Assembly (NCBI GenBank): GCA_964187785.1
Contig: OZ076409.1
Coordinates: 2,542,001-2,604,000, forward strand
Source: Amphiscolops sp. MND2022
Lineage: Eukaryota
Length of the DNA stretch: 62,000 bases
Reading direction: 5' to 3'
Positions within the stretch are counted from its first letter, which is position 1, and each line of letters starts with the position of its first letter. The translations under genes were made by a program, and so were the position numbers. The notes under the pieces were generated by a model that was not told the origin of the DNA, searched no databases, and saw nothing but the letters and a program-made list of their open reading frames with translations. Positions 12,151-24,485 of this stretch are shown one piece after another.

Positions 12151-15100
12151 ATGGATTCGAATTCAAGGCGGAAATCCCGGAAGGATATGCTGTCTCGTAA
12201 ACACTTCACTTCTTGCGGCTACAAATCTCCGACTACCGCTACTCCTGGTAAGTTCGACTCATTTTACTCTTTCGAGTGAATTTTGTTTCTGTCTAAATTT
12301 TTTCCTGATCGGTAATTTTTAAAAGATGAAAAGCTGGCCAGGCTAACATCTATTTTGAAGCTAGAGTACTACAATAGCTAAATTTCTCTTCGCGGAAGCT
12401 TATCAACTTCCGGTTTGGATTTTGTGACTTCCGAATTAGCTGTATTTCCGCTTTCTTTTACGGTAATGCTAAAACAGAGATCATTTGTTTTGAAACCAAT
12501 CCGATTTACTCAGACGGTGACGGTTTGATTGTTTTAGTCGAACTCGGAGCAACAGAGAGGTCTCCTGGAAGATCCCCTACCAAGATATATACCCCATTGG
12601 AAGTCATTTCCCCAGCTATCCAGACAAACAATCCTGGTCCTTCCACGTCTGTATTGCCCCATTCTACTGCCGAGGAAACTCTCGTCCCAAAAAATCCCCC
12701 AGCAGAAGAAGGGGTGCCGGATTCTGTCGTTCGAGACGATGATTCGTCAGTAGTTGTGCTCCATCAAACTTGTGAAGGGATTGAGCACCACGTGGAACAG
12801 CCCCTCGGAGCAGAACAAAACGAGAACACTCAAACTCAAAGTTGTGACACTCCTCCTCCACCTGCGATGGATTTGTTTCCTGGGGAAATATCTCAAGAAT
12901 TGCTGGAAGGGATTATGGCAGCTGGAAGTTCCCACAAGTCTTCTCCTTTTAGTCGCTATATCCTTGATCGTTCTCACGAAGAAGAGATTACCTCCCCTCC
13001 TCACCACAATGCTGAACCGGAACCATTTGCTCAAACTAATCTTACTAATACCCCGACTGAAAATCTTGTGATCGATGAAGGAGAGATGATGCCTCAAGTG
13101 AATCCAGGGCGAATCAGCATCACGAGAATTGAGATACTTGCCTTGTCTAGGGTACTAGACCGATTACCTCCTGCTCTTCTGCATGGTGAGGAAGCCGAGT
13201 GGGACCGACCGATTTCGTTAATGGTCACAAACGAACCCGTGGGAAACCAAGGAGACACAACGAATGTCCCCAATCCCAATGCAGCAAACAGTTCCGAGCT
13301 GCCTATGGTGCCTTACCCTCCAACAGCTGGATCTTCTTTTGTACGAGGGAAAAGGCAAAGACCTAAATACTCCCTGAAAACCCATGTTCAGGAAACATCC
13401 TGTCTTAAAGTTTTCGGCTACTGGGCCCCTTGACAAGGAGAAAACACCCTACAAAGGGTGGTGTAGGGTCTGCAAAGTGGAAATATCCCTTATGAGCAGA
13501 GGGGTTTTAGAATTAATGTCCCACTAACGTACTGAGGGCCACATAGTAAAGGAACACAGGATTCGCATGGAAGTTCCTGGAATGCCAATCTTCGATCGGG
13601 AAGAGAAAGAACTGCAAGGAGTGCCTCTCAGCGAGGCTAAAAGAAAGGCGAAAGACACCTACCCTATTGCGCCCCAACTGGATCCTCGCCGGCCCTTGGT
13701 AAACCAAAACTCAGTGCCTGATTTAGCCAGTCATACCAGCCCTTCCGAAGAAGTTCTGTCGCAAATTTGCATCCTTGAGTTCGGGTTGCACTTTGGAGGC
13801 CACCTAAATAGTCTGACTGGAGTCCATGATGAGTTGGTACGACACCTCCCGAGTGTTCAACAAGCTACATCACTCAACTGGAGCGAACATCGTATTTTTG
13901 TAAGTAAATTCTCCTACTTTCCAATTTAAGTTAGCGTTCTCAACCAGGAAATTCTACCCATGATCAAATTGTCATTTGAGTTTCTGAGTTTTATTTTGTT
14001 CCCAAGGAATCTTGGTGTACATGTTCCGAGAGCTGGTAAATTATTGCGTGACTGCAATTTCATCTTCTGGGGTCTATTCAATCATCTTCGATCATGACCC
14101 CACTCACGTTCGTCTCTTCGTGTGCTTCTGGACAGGAAATGTACTCTACCGTGTCTGCATCGGTACTGGCCCCCGAGGGGTTTTGATTTCCTGACGCATT
14201 TTGGATTTATTTTCATCGTTTCTGAGCCTACTCGAGCAACCTCCTTCTTGCATCAGTTTCCTTGGGGGTGGAGGCAAATTAGGCAATTGCTTGGCTTCGA
14301 CACTGCCCGGGAACCGAAGACCGAAAGTTGTCAAAACATATGGACCTGCTGATTTTGAAAAGTCTCTTGAAAAGCCCATAACCCAAATTATCGAGAGGGA
14401 CGACTTCCGGTCGATACTCGACTACCTCCTGATTAAGCTTCGTACAGCTCTCGATCGAGACTGGCTCCATTCATTGCCGACTTTACACAAAGTTGGTATT
14501 TTCCTGAGAGCATTTGTCTTGGTTGGTATGCTGAAAATAATACCAATTTTTCGTTTTTAGTGTGTCATCACGCTCGACTACTCGCTCCATGAGGCGTCCA
14601 TCATTATTGAACAGCTTTCTGCGAACTGGGACCATGTGTTGCAGCATCTCAATCAGGTTTCGCGACTGCCAATTTATCGCTTCCACATGAGAGAGGTCGG
14701 TTTTCTTTATCACGTATTACAAAAGTCCGAGTTTCAATTTATTTCATTCCCCACTGCTTTTAGCCAAACACCCTCGATGAATGTTTCAAGCTGGACACAG
14801 CCTACCTGGCCCGTCTATTCATCATATGATGTGTGATTGACCATTGTCTTTATATATTTAGTCTTTTCGGGACAGTTTTGTTAACCTGACTAACTTTTTG
14901 CATATTATGTGCGTTAACTTCCCAACGTCCAATTTCTCTCCTAATTCCTAGTAGTTGCGTCTCTTTTTCCACGTTTTGTTGCTTTGACCGTTACTACTGC
15001 CCTGCTTTATCCGGTACGAACAAAACACTGCAAAAACACGCAGTGGCGTTTGGTCATTGTAACTCGTTCTGTGTAACGACATTGTAATTTGCTCTCTGTC

Positions 15101-16860
15101 ATGCTGAAACCGCATAGTGACGTATAGTTGTTATAGCTCGTTCCGTGTAATGATGCATCTCATCGATGTCTCGTTCTTTGTTCTACTGAATCCGCATAAT
15201 GACGTATAGTCATCACACCTCATTCCGTATAGTGATGCATTACCATTGTGACTCGTCCTTCACACTGCTGCATCCGCATAATGACGTATAGTCATCACAC
15301 CTCATTCCGTATAATGATGCATTACCATTGTGACTCGTCCTTCTCACTGCTGCATCCGCATAATGACGTATAGTCATCACGCCTCATTCCGCATGATAGC
15401 GTATAGACATTACAATTCATTCCAATCGTTGACGTCATACCTTTTCTTGTAAGATGCGTATAATGACGTACACTCACCATCTTTCTTCCTGTACTTTGAC
15501 GTATAGTAATTATACACGTGTTCGTATAAGCTTTGCAGCGAGTTCCGTATAATACCGTATACTCGGGATAGCTTAAAGTGTGTAATGGCGTATATTTGAT
15601 AAAAACTTGATAAAAAAATATGACGTATATTCTTCGTAAATCAACATGGGGAATAGTGTATAGTATATCTTTTCGACGTTCTTCTTGTTGTATTTTTCGT
15701 ATATCTGACTTCAGGGGAATGTTTAACTGGATTCCATGTTGTTTGTTTTAGATAATTCAGCTTTCTCCGAATTGGAAGGTCAAATGGATAGTGGATTTAG
15801 ACTTTTCAACAAATTTGCTGTGTTTCTGTATTGCCAACTGCAGAATATTCTACCCGATCAAACTTTGGGAAGCATTTCTGTTTGGGACAATTATTTGTGC
15901 CTCGATTTGGATCGAACCGACCTTCCCTTCAAAACTGCGTCGGGATTCGTTTTGAATGTTGACTATCATAATTTAGTGATCGCTAGCAAATTGCCCCGGC
16001 CGGGCAAACTCATTGATCAATCGAGTGCATTTTGCAAATTTTTTTGCAAAATTCTGCTGAAACATGAGCTTGTCAATTCAAATCTGATTAGAGGATTGTC
16101 GTCATTCGATTTTGCTGTTATGGTAGAAGGATCAGAGAGGCACTACGTTAGTGCAGTGGAAAAGCGCACAACCTATTTCGTTAATTCAGGATGGCTTTCT
16201 CCTAGCGATAAAGTCAAGTGTGTCAGCCAATATCGTTCTCTGGCTACCAAATTGCGGGCTGATTCTGTGGTTAAGGACGACAATTGGGTGCAATACCTTG
16301 CCTCACATTATGAAATGCAACGTCGACCGGACCTGCTTCATTTGTTTCGTTACGCTTGTCTCTGCTTGCCTCCATTTGTTGGCAAAGTTGATCATTTTGA
16401 AGTGCCAGTCCCAACATTATCATCTGATAAAGAGATGTTCCGATCGTGCGTGACTAGTCTGCAGCAATCTTACTTGAGCGTTCCGCATGTTTCCAGTTTG
16501 TACAGAGATCAGCGTTCAATTGGGCGAGCATTTCGCTTGTTGGGCAGAGGTCAGGACTTGTTGATTGACAAAAAATTTTCAATTTGGAATTTCCTCAATG
16601 GTAGTGGCCCGCGAAGAACTGCTCTACGGGGCAAACTTGAAGCTGCCTACAAGAGATCTGTCCTACAAGCTGAGAAAGTTGTTGTAGAGTCTGGTGGGAC
16701 CACTCTTAGTCTCAGTAGATCGACCAGTAATGCCAGTACTCCTTCTCCTGGGCCATCCCTTGGGCGACTTAGCGTGTCCGTTGCCCGATGCTCTGAAGAC
16801 GATTCTAGTAAGTCTGTTGCAGCCACCAAGCCAAAGTCTTCTAAGTCGCAGAAAAACTAA
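12151..16860 (+). pseudogene. Spliced antisense gene in element A (6 predicted exons, ~1,100 aa), zinc-finger / hAT-transposase-like, now disabled
   Basis: Predicted exons 12151-12247, 12538-13899, ~14006-14491, 14561-14695, 14764-~14875, ~15752-16860. Phase-matched GT..AG introns at 12248-12537, 14492-14560 and 14696-14763. C-x2-C-x16-H-x5-H at 13462-13542; YSIIFD motif; C-terminal W..P.L..L...LCLP. +1 frameshift at ~13378 and stops at 13525, 14192, 14827. Confidence 0.75.
15030..15420 (+). repeat. 82-bp tandem repeat (about 4-5 copies) in the last intron of the antisense gene
   Basis: CCGCATA(A/G)TGACGTATAGT recurs at ~15110, 15192, 15274 and 15356. Confidence 0.9.
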
Positions 16861-17046
16861 CGTTGGAATTCAACTTATTGTTTGATTGAACTTTAGTTAT
16901 TTGTATCACATTTTGTATTTATTTGTGATTTAGTAAGTCGTTCCATTATTTATTTGTCAGGAGCGTACTTGCTTGTTGAAAAGAAAAAAACAAGGACACC
17001 CGAATTGAAGAGGGGTACTGAAAAAGTGTTATTTGTTTGTAGTTTT

Positions 17047-18360
17047 TTAATATCTGTAAGAGTCTGAGAAGTTTGGGTTAGGGTTAGGGCGTAAGTTGTA
17101 TTTTTCACCACGAGTATTTATGGGTTCTTCTTGCAATGGGGTTTTTTGTGAATTTTCTGGAGTTTTTTGGGTTTGTGTATCTGGTGTCTTTTCTTTTGGG
17201 GTTTTTTGGGAGATTTTTGTATCATTATCTTGGATTTCTTGCTGGATTTCATCATAATTTTCTTCTTCGCGTTCAGTGGACTGTTCCACTGGGCTCCCCC
17301 ACTGTTTTTTGGAAATTCGAGGGAGGGAGGGTGGTTATTTTCAGGCGCATCAACAGATACGTATTCAATATCATCAGTGTTCTGTGTATGATCTGGAGGG
17401 CTGTCTTCGAAGGGATTAGGTCCAAAATTTGTGTTCCATGATTGAGCATATAAGTCATCATGAGCCACTGGCATTTGATCATCTTTTTGCCAATCGGATT
17501 CTCGGACGAAAATGTCAGCTAAAGGTGCGTGCGGTGTAAATTTCCTCAACCGAATTCGGTGTAAGAGTTGTGTTTTGTTTGTTCCTAGTCTCCTAACTAT
17601 GTAATTGTTGTTAGGAAGGACTTTTTCAACCTTGTAAGGACCCTGCCATCTGAATTCACGGAATGGTATTTTTGTTGCCTGTAGGTCGGCCTTCGGATTA
17701 GGAATGTAGCAGTAGTCCGTTGTTTCCAGCGGTGAGGCCTTGGCCTTCCTATCATAATAAGCTTTATATTTAAGATAGGATTGCATTACGTTCTTTTTGG
17801 TCTGGTCTAGTAATATTCGCATTCTTCGTTGTATTTCTTCTGCGACATCAGTTTGCGGCTGGTATTTCGGATTAGGATTATATCCTAACTTGTAGTCCAG
17901 TATGTTGTGTGGTATGAGGCCGTGAAAAACTCGTGAAGGCTCGCAACCAAGCGACGCGTGGTATGTTGTGTTGTGGTTTAGAACCGCTAATGGTAGAATT
18001 TATGCCAGTTATGTCGGAATTCTCCAGTTGCTGCTTCAAGTTGGGTTTTTACTGAAGCATGTGTTCTTTCCAGGAGTCCTATTGTTTGAGCGTGTTTCTT
18101 TTTTGCATGTTTAAGCTCAACACCTAGGACTGCTGTTACTTCGTGGGTTACTTGGGCATTGAATTGTGTTCCAAGGTCTGTGATTATGGTTGTTGGAAGG
18201 TATGTATGTTTGCATAAAATGTCCATTATTACTCGAGCGACTGATGTTGCGGTGATACGAGTCACTGGGTAAGCAAACAAGTATCGCGAGAAAACATCAA
18301 TTGCTGTTATTATGTGGTCGTATCCACCACTGCGTGGAAGGTTTGGTAGGATGTCCATTT
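17047..18360 (-). pseudogene. Gypsy integrase (DDE core + GPY/F), frameshifted, N-terminal zinc finger deleted
   Basis: MDILP..IDVFSRY..ITDLGTQF..IGLLERTH; WQGPYKV; C-terminal KYNLRPNP. Confidence 0.92.
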
Positions 18361-18942
18361 GACCATGTGATAATCCTCCACTTCCTCTGCGTCGGACTCT
18401 TCGTCCGAATGTATAGTAACATCTACATCAGATTCGCATCTGAACAATGGTTTAGCAGGATGTTTCAGGTCTCCCATTTTAGAAGCTTGTAGAGGATAAT
18501 CGTCGTTTTCTGAGTCTGAGTTATAGATGTGAGATGCGTGTACTCCAATAGACCTATTAGTTTTGGATCCCGAAGGCTGTATGTTTTGTATATCATCCAT
18601 TTCAGATCTTGGGTTTGTTACTGTTGATACACTTTTATTAGATTTTATCTCCTTCAGTTTTGCATCTAGTTTGTTCTCCATTTCTTCTCTCATTTTTGTT
18701 ATTCTATCATTGTTCTTTTGTTCAAAATTCTCAGTCCACGCTTGTATTTCATTGCTTAATTGGCTAGGTTCAATTAATTGGTTCCTAAGTTCATCATTGT
18801 CAAGGTTTCCATGGATATTAGATTCGGCATTTGTCAAAGTAATATTACCTTGGGTTGATGTTTCTACCTGTGTTTCATTGAGTTCTTTTTCTGGAGACGG
18901 GGTCTCCAATCTCCTGGACCTTCTACTTCTTTTGTTCCCCAT
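18310..18942 (-). CDS. LTR-initiated Gag-like N-terminal ORF (192 codons inside the 5' LTR) reading through the PBS; downstream gag lost by deletion
   Basis: ATG at 18942, MGNKRS; the frame crosses the LTR end as CAC A|TG GTC (EDYH-MV); coiled-coil-like ITKMREEMENKLDA. Confidence 0.6.
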   Translation of the reverse strand: MGNKRSRRSRRLETPSPEKELNETQVETSTQGNITLTNAESNIHGNLDNDELRNQLIEPSQLSNEIQAWTENFEQKNNDRITKMREEMENKLDAKLKEIKSNKSVSTVTNPRSEMDDIQNIQPSGSKTNRSIGVHASHIYNSDSENDDYPLQASKMGDLKHPAKPLFRCESDVDVTIHSDEESDAEEVEDYHMVKWTSYQTFHAVVDTTT

Positions 18943-20027
18943 CTTTCTCAAAGGAAAACGATATTTTGGCTGTTGGGGAAGAATTTGAATTTATTCAAAA
19001 GAATTATCTAAAGACAATTCGGGAGATAAAACAATGTTAGTCAAAAAGACTGCTTTCAAAAGACCAGGTTGAAAAGTGAGAAACTGCTTGATGAGAGAGA
19101 TAAAGTTCGAATGAATGGTCCCTTCAGTATTCCAAAAAATACAAAAAGGATGACAATCACATTTACAGGTATCATTATTTAAAGAGCTAAAAACAGTATA
19201 ACGTCAAAATCACATCATTCTATTATATCCTTTAAATCACACTATAATGACACCCTAAATATTATCAAGGGACCGTGAAAATCCTAGGAATCAAGGCTAG
19301 ACGCTGTATAATACGTTTCAAGTATCATTAGATGAATTAAACGCTACATGACTTCAAAATGATGAGAGTACAGCTAAAAATGCATAATGACGTATATGCG
19401 GTATTCCCTGTACCGCAGGATAGCGTATACAACATGTAAGCATCAACATTCAATAACGCACAATAGCACATACACTCCATAATCCATATTGCACAATCGT
19501 TCTTACTTTCACTGCGAAAACCGCATGTTGACGTACATACGATAACATAAGAACTGCTCAACAGTGTATAATTGCATTGTAAAAACGCATATTGCCGCAT
19601 ATGCAGTTTATCCAAAAACGTATATTGTCTTGTAGTTAAAAACGTACAATGCCGCATATGCGTGAGTCAAGTTTACGTATGATGACGCATATAAAATATT
19701 CTAAAAATGACTTTTGACGCTTATACGTCACAACATTTACGGCATATTGACGCATAATAAGCACGGAATTCATAGCATAGAGAGTTTTACTCTAATATTT
19801 GTAATGAACCATGTATTTTAGCGCCTTCTTACATGAATTAACTTTCAATAACAGCTCAGGAAAATCTCACAAGGACCCAAATATACAAAATATATCTAGA
19901 ATTTACATGACTTGATGAAAATGAAGAGAAAAGAAACAAAAATATCAGTATTTAGAATGTTTGTCGAAGTCGTTGGTTATCTTTTACTGATGCACTCCGG
20001 ACCCATCGCATCTTTGGGGCTGCGACA
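18366..20027 (-). repeat. 5' LTR of element A (1662 bp), followed by a truncated PBS starting TGGTCA
   Basis: Direct repeat of 8049-9712; TGG immediately follows the LTR end on the minus strand. Confidence 0.96.
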
Positions 20028-20387
20028 AATATACGGTTTTAAAACTTTTATTACGGACCAATACACTAATTATACACTCGTTCACGGACTGTGATTTCGG
20101 ACATGCCAGTTCTCCCAGACAATGAAAAAAACCACTTCCTCACAATAATCCTAGTCATGCGAATCCCACAAATGAAAAGTGAACAGAATCGTGATGAATT
20201 TGTCGAAGCATTGATGCCCGCAAATAAAGCGCAATAGAATTTTTCACCGTTCAACAAAAAAAAAGAACGTTCAAATGAACACGACTGACAAGAGAGGCAC
20301 TGTTCGTTCCACGCTCGGGATGGGTCTTGTCCCGAGCATTGATCCTTGTCATTTTAGGGGTCTCTCCTCTCACTTCTGCGGCGTATG

Positions 20388-20763
20388 CCCAGTGTTCGCA
20401 GTTATGGAACGCTTGCCACGATCATGGTTAATATTGCTAATTCATCGTTAACCATGGTTCCCTTATCAAGATCATGGTAAATCATGATACATGGAATGCT
20501 GGCCAAGATCATGGCCAGATCATCGTAACATCATGGAAACATCATGGCATCATAACTATGGTAAGACATGTAAGCTGCTTTTAGGTGTATGATTTATTCT
20601 TTTCACAAAAATTTCTTGTCGTCTCCAGTTTCTGAATTAGCCGTTGTGATAACTTCGGACATAACCTTCATTCATCGAAAACAGTTTTTCACTCGAAAAG
20701 TACCCAAAACTTCTCAATAATTTTACTAATCTTGGCAAGGGTACTATGGCTCCGAACACTGGG
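20388..20763. mobile_element. MITE with CCC termini, ~40-bp imperfect TIRs and a 2-bp TG flanking duplication (CACTA/EnSpm-like)
   Basis: CCCAGTGTTCG (20388) / CGAACACTGGG (ends 20763); TG on both sides; ATCATGG subrepeats. Confidence 0.7.
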
Positions 20764-21666
20764 TGCCCTTGAAAGGTTCCCAAATTCAGAATTGACTTTC
20801 TTTGAAACTGAATGCTGCTGTCAAGATTCCAAATTGCTTATAAAATATTCAGATGAGAGTATTTCTTGTCTATTCTGACGGTGTTTTTAATTTTTTTTGG
20901 AGCATTCCAAGCAAGTTTTAAATTTTTAAAAAGAATTTTTAAAAGATTGATCTTAAAAAAAGAGAACATTAACCTGAAATTTTGATCGAATCAACTTAAG
21001 ATCACAGCGATGAATGATTTCAGATTGACTATTTTCAGCTCTTCGAACCAACGATGCTGGAGTTTTTTTCCATATTCTTGCATCAACAAAAATTTTTTCT
21101 AGGACAGGAGAAAATGAAAAAAAATGTATCGAGACTCTAGGGTTCCGTCGTGGAGCATGTGAAATAAATCCCAGATTTAGTTTCGAAGCCGGAGAAGTTA
21201 TGTAGACTTAAAAAGGCTTTCTTGCACACCAGTAAGACTGAAAGCGGTCAGAGGCTTTTTATAAATATTGATTACTTCAATTGATTCCTCGTCTCGCAAT
21301 TCTGATCAGATAATCTGCTCGATTTTGGATCCCATTTTGGGAAGGCGGCAGGAAAATTCCATCATTTTCCTGTGTAATTCAGAACTTGATTAAATTGCAT
21401 ATTGCACTTATGGAAAGTACAGTCAGTAAGATGAAGTTAAGTGATTCTTCGCAAGGGACGTTGATAATTGAAAACGAAACTTCAAAAATAGATGAATTTC
21501 TAATCAATTTCAATCATTTGAACGGAAACGAGGAGTAGAAATTTTAGTTATTTTTCACTGATGAGCCTCTGTGAACTCAAGCCTATGACATGAAATAGTT
21601 TTTATAGAATCAGACTTCTAAAAGACACTTTCTTTCCGTTGTTTTGGTATTAATTGATGCTTTATC

Positions 21667-22074
21667 GAATCTAGGAAAACTCGTCGAAAAACATCTCCTC
21701 GAAAATTCTTCGATGAGAGTATCGTCAAAAGTACAGAAAATCATCTCAGACAAAAATAGTGCTAGATTTATGATACTGTGTTGTGAAGTTCTGTATTATT
21801 ACGAAATATTTTACTGTAAACTATAAAAGTGAAACATTTCAAGCAATTATACTACTGAAAAAGCTACATTATGTGAAAAATTCACGCATCAATTAAGGAA
21901 AATTAATCCATCATTAGCACTGTGTATTTCCTGTGGGTAAACCCACAAGGATATACAGATTATAATCTGTAATTATTCGACTAGTTTGCACTCAATTATT
22001 CGACGAGTTAATTTTCGACCAGTTTTCCGCCCTTTTATTTCGACGGGTTGTTTTCGACAAGTTTTCCAGACACC
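21667..22074. mobile_element. Degraded MITE-like element with TCGA subrepeat inverted ends
   Basis: GGAAAACTCGTCGAAAA on the left versus TTTTCGACAAGTTTTCC on the right; periodic TTCGAC motifs. Confidence 0.55.
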
Positions 22075-22204
22075 GCTTTATCACCACGAAAGACATGGAA
22101 GTTTCCATTTATTAGTTAGTCAAGTGTATCTAATTAGTAAACGTGTAATAGTAATAGGAGATATTGTTATGTAAACCGAACGTTGTTCAATATAAATATG
22201 ATGT

Positions 22205-22473
22205 TGTGCTGCTTTTAATGGTTGGTTATTTCTGATGGTGGTGTTATTCACAACTACTAAAAGCAGCTAAGAGACAGGCTAGCTAGCTAACTTTATTACA
22301 ACTAGTTCGAGGTATTAGAAGTAGAACAAAAGGGAAGTCAACCAAATACTGATTATTAGTTTTCTCTCTCTGAGGGAGTAGAGACTTACAGTCATTCAAT
22401 AATAAATAAATGTACATTCTAGAACATTCTATAAACATCTAAATACTATTGGTTATTAATGTAGATCAGTACA
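22205..22473 (-). repeat. 3' LTR of element B
   Basis: Direct repeat of 40139-40407. Confidence 0.97.
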
Positions 22474-22695
22474 TCAATCCCGGTTTCTAAATAAAATAAA
22501 ATTTTTAAGTAGCATCATTAATTAAAATGAAGAAAAAAAAATTTTGTTTAAATGTTCTTAGCGTTTCAGCTAGGTAGCATTTTTCATGTGATGGGTGATT
22601 GGCATAAGTCTCTTTAAGAGTGGTGTAAGTTCGACTCATTGGTGTACCTCGAATTGTCAAAATTTTGATTGACACCTCGTATGTGCGACTACAGT

Positions 22696-24078
22696 TCAAA
22701 AAGCGTCAAAGTGATCTTTTTCACTATGCTTTCGTCGGCTTGTTTTTTGAACTGGTAGATGCTCAATTTTATGCCTCTGTTGAAGTCTTTGAATGAACTT
22801 CGCATTGAACAAACGTGAGCAAACATCATACGAGTTAAAGGTAAAAGAGTCATTGAAAAATTTTGTTGATAAAATTTTTTCATTGAGTGTGAACAGTGGC
22901 TGAAAAGATATCAGGTTGTGATCAACTTTGGCGGGTTTGTTATGTAACAAATGTTGAAAACTTTGAGAATTTGGGTCTGTCATTATTCGAGTCTGATTTG
23001 AACAATGTGCTTGATCTATTTTTGAACTTGTTTTGTTGAAATTTTGAAAAGATTTGTTGTTAACATATGTGAACTTTGGATAGGATAGCACCGAAAAAAA
23101 ATTATTAATTATTCTTTAAAATTAAAGCAAATAAATATCGGTAAGGGTGCGAATAAAATGATTTTAAGGGCAAATAAATATGGGTGGGGATGAAATTTGA
23201 ATCAATAAATACATTGCGAATGTTTTCGGTATGAGTTTGAACCCTTTTAAATATAATCATGCACAATGTTTTTTCTTTGAGTTTCCTTTATTATTGATTA
23301 TTAATCTTCTTCGGCTGAGAACTGGATGGCTGAAGGTTGAAGATTGGAAGATGGATGAAGATGGGCAACTGTTGGGCTGCGATGAAGTTGGGAAGAATGG
23401 GTGCTGAGCTGTGACGAGCAATCGTTGTGGATGTTGGATTTGAAGATGGGGGTGGACGAGCGCTGTTGATGTCATCTGTTGATATTAGAAAGAGACGTAA
23501 GTATACGTTTTGTATGGGTAATTATCATCTAGAAGTGCTTCTGGAGGGTCTTTTTGAAGTTCTTCATAAGGATCGTCGTTATTGTCTGAACGCCAATAGG
23601 AATTTAGACGTTGTTTTTCCATTTCAGAACGCATTCTGTTAGATAGACTTCGTACTAAATGTTTGGGCTTGATGGTAGTATGCTCTGTTTGGGTAGTGGC
23701 GTCTCGTTGAGTTGAATATGTATCAGGTTTTTAATGAATTTGAAGATATTGTTCAAAGTTTATTCGTGTGATTTGGAAGATTTGAAACTTATTGAGCAAT
23801 ATCATTCTTGTAAGATAAGGATCTGCCTTTTTATCTGTTTTTAGCTGTGCATTTAATGTTGTTAAATGCTTTTTCAGAATCAGGGATCGTAATATCGAGC
23901 TGAGGAAATTGAAAGAAGAGGAGCTATTGGGCAATCGGTGTCACCAGAATTGAGTGTCGTCATATTGAAGAATATGAAGAAATTGTTGAAAATTGTAGAG
24001 GATTTCGTTGGAATTCTTTTGGATGGACAGCTTGAGAAGAGGAAGAAATGCTGATGAAGAAGTTGTGACGGTATTCAC
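22696..24078 (-). pseudogene. Decayed accessory ORF segments downstream of env
   Basis: Frame 24078-23485 is open except for two internal stops and begins right after a TTTTAG acceptor-like site; further ORFs at 23257-23475 and 22696-23091. Confidence 0.4.
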
Positions 24079-24485
24079 CTAAAATAGATTAGTTTGTTTA
24101 CAATAAAGTTCCTTTTTAAAATAGAATTTCATAGTTGATATTTTTTTGATGTAATTAGTGATGTTATATCTTTTTAATTTTAAGAATTAAATTGATGTAT
24201 TTTGGAAGTCTTTTGAAGGGTATTTAAATATCTTTCATATAAGTACTTGTTTGTTGCAATTGGTCCATTAAAAAGAGGAGCAATTGAGGAATTTTGTTAA
24301 AAATTTTTATGTCGCTATTGAACTTTTTTATACTATTTTATTTTAAAAGAGTATTTTAATATCAAGCATGTAATATAATCATGCATAGCAGGCATATGCG
24401 TGCAGACTCAATTAATTTTGACAGGTTATTAAGAGATTAAGTGATAAGTGTTAACAGTTTAAAGTTATTATCCCATAATTACCAG

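Larger units (their letters stand above)
8049..20027 (-). mobile_element. Ty3/gypsy LTR retrotransposon A (12 kb), internally deleted for most of gag-PR-RT-RH, with accessory genes
   Basis: 1.66-kb direct repeats with TG...CA ends; 5-bp TSD AATAT (8044-8048 / 20028-20032); gypsy integrase on the minus strand. Confidence 0.96.

Noticed and set aside
15030..15420. Regular repeats as a CRISPR-like array
   Set aside because: Whole 82-bp units are repeated with no unique spacers; no cas genes; eukaryotic transposon context
20100..22200. Elements A and B as one composite or nested unit
   Set aside because: Each has its own LTR pair and TSD, and they are separated by ~2.2 kb of unrelated DNA
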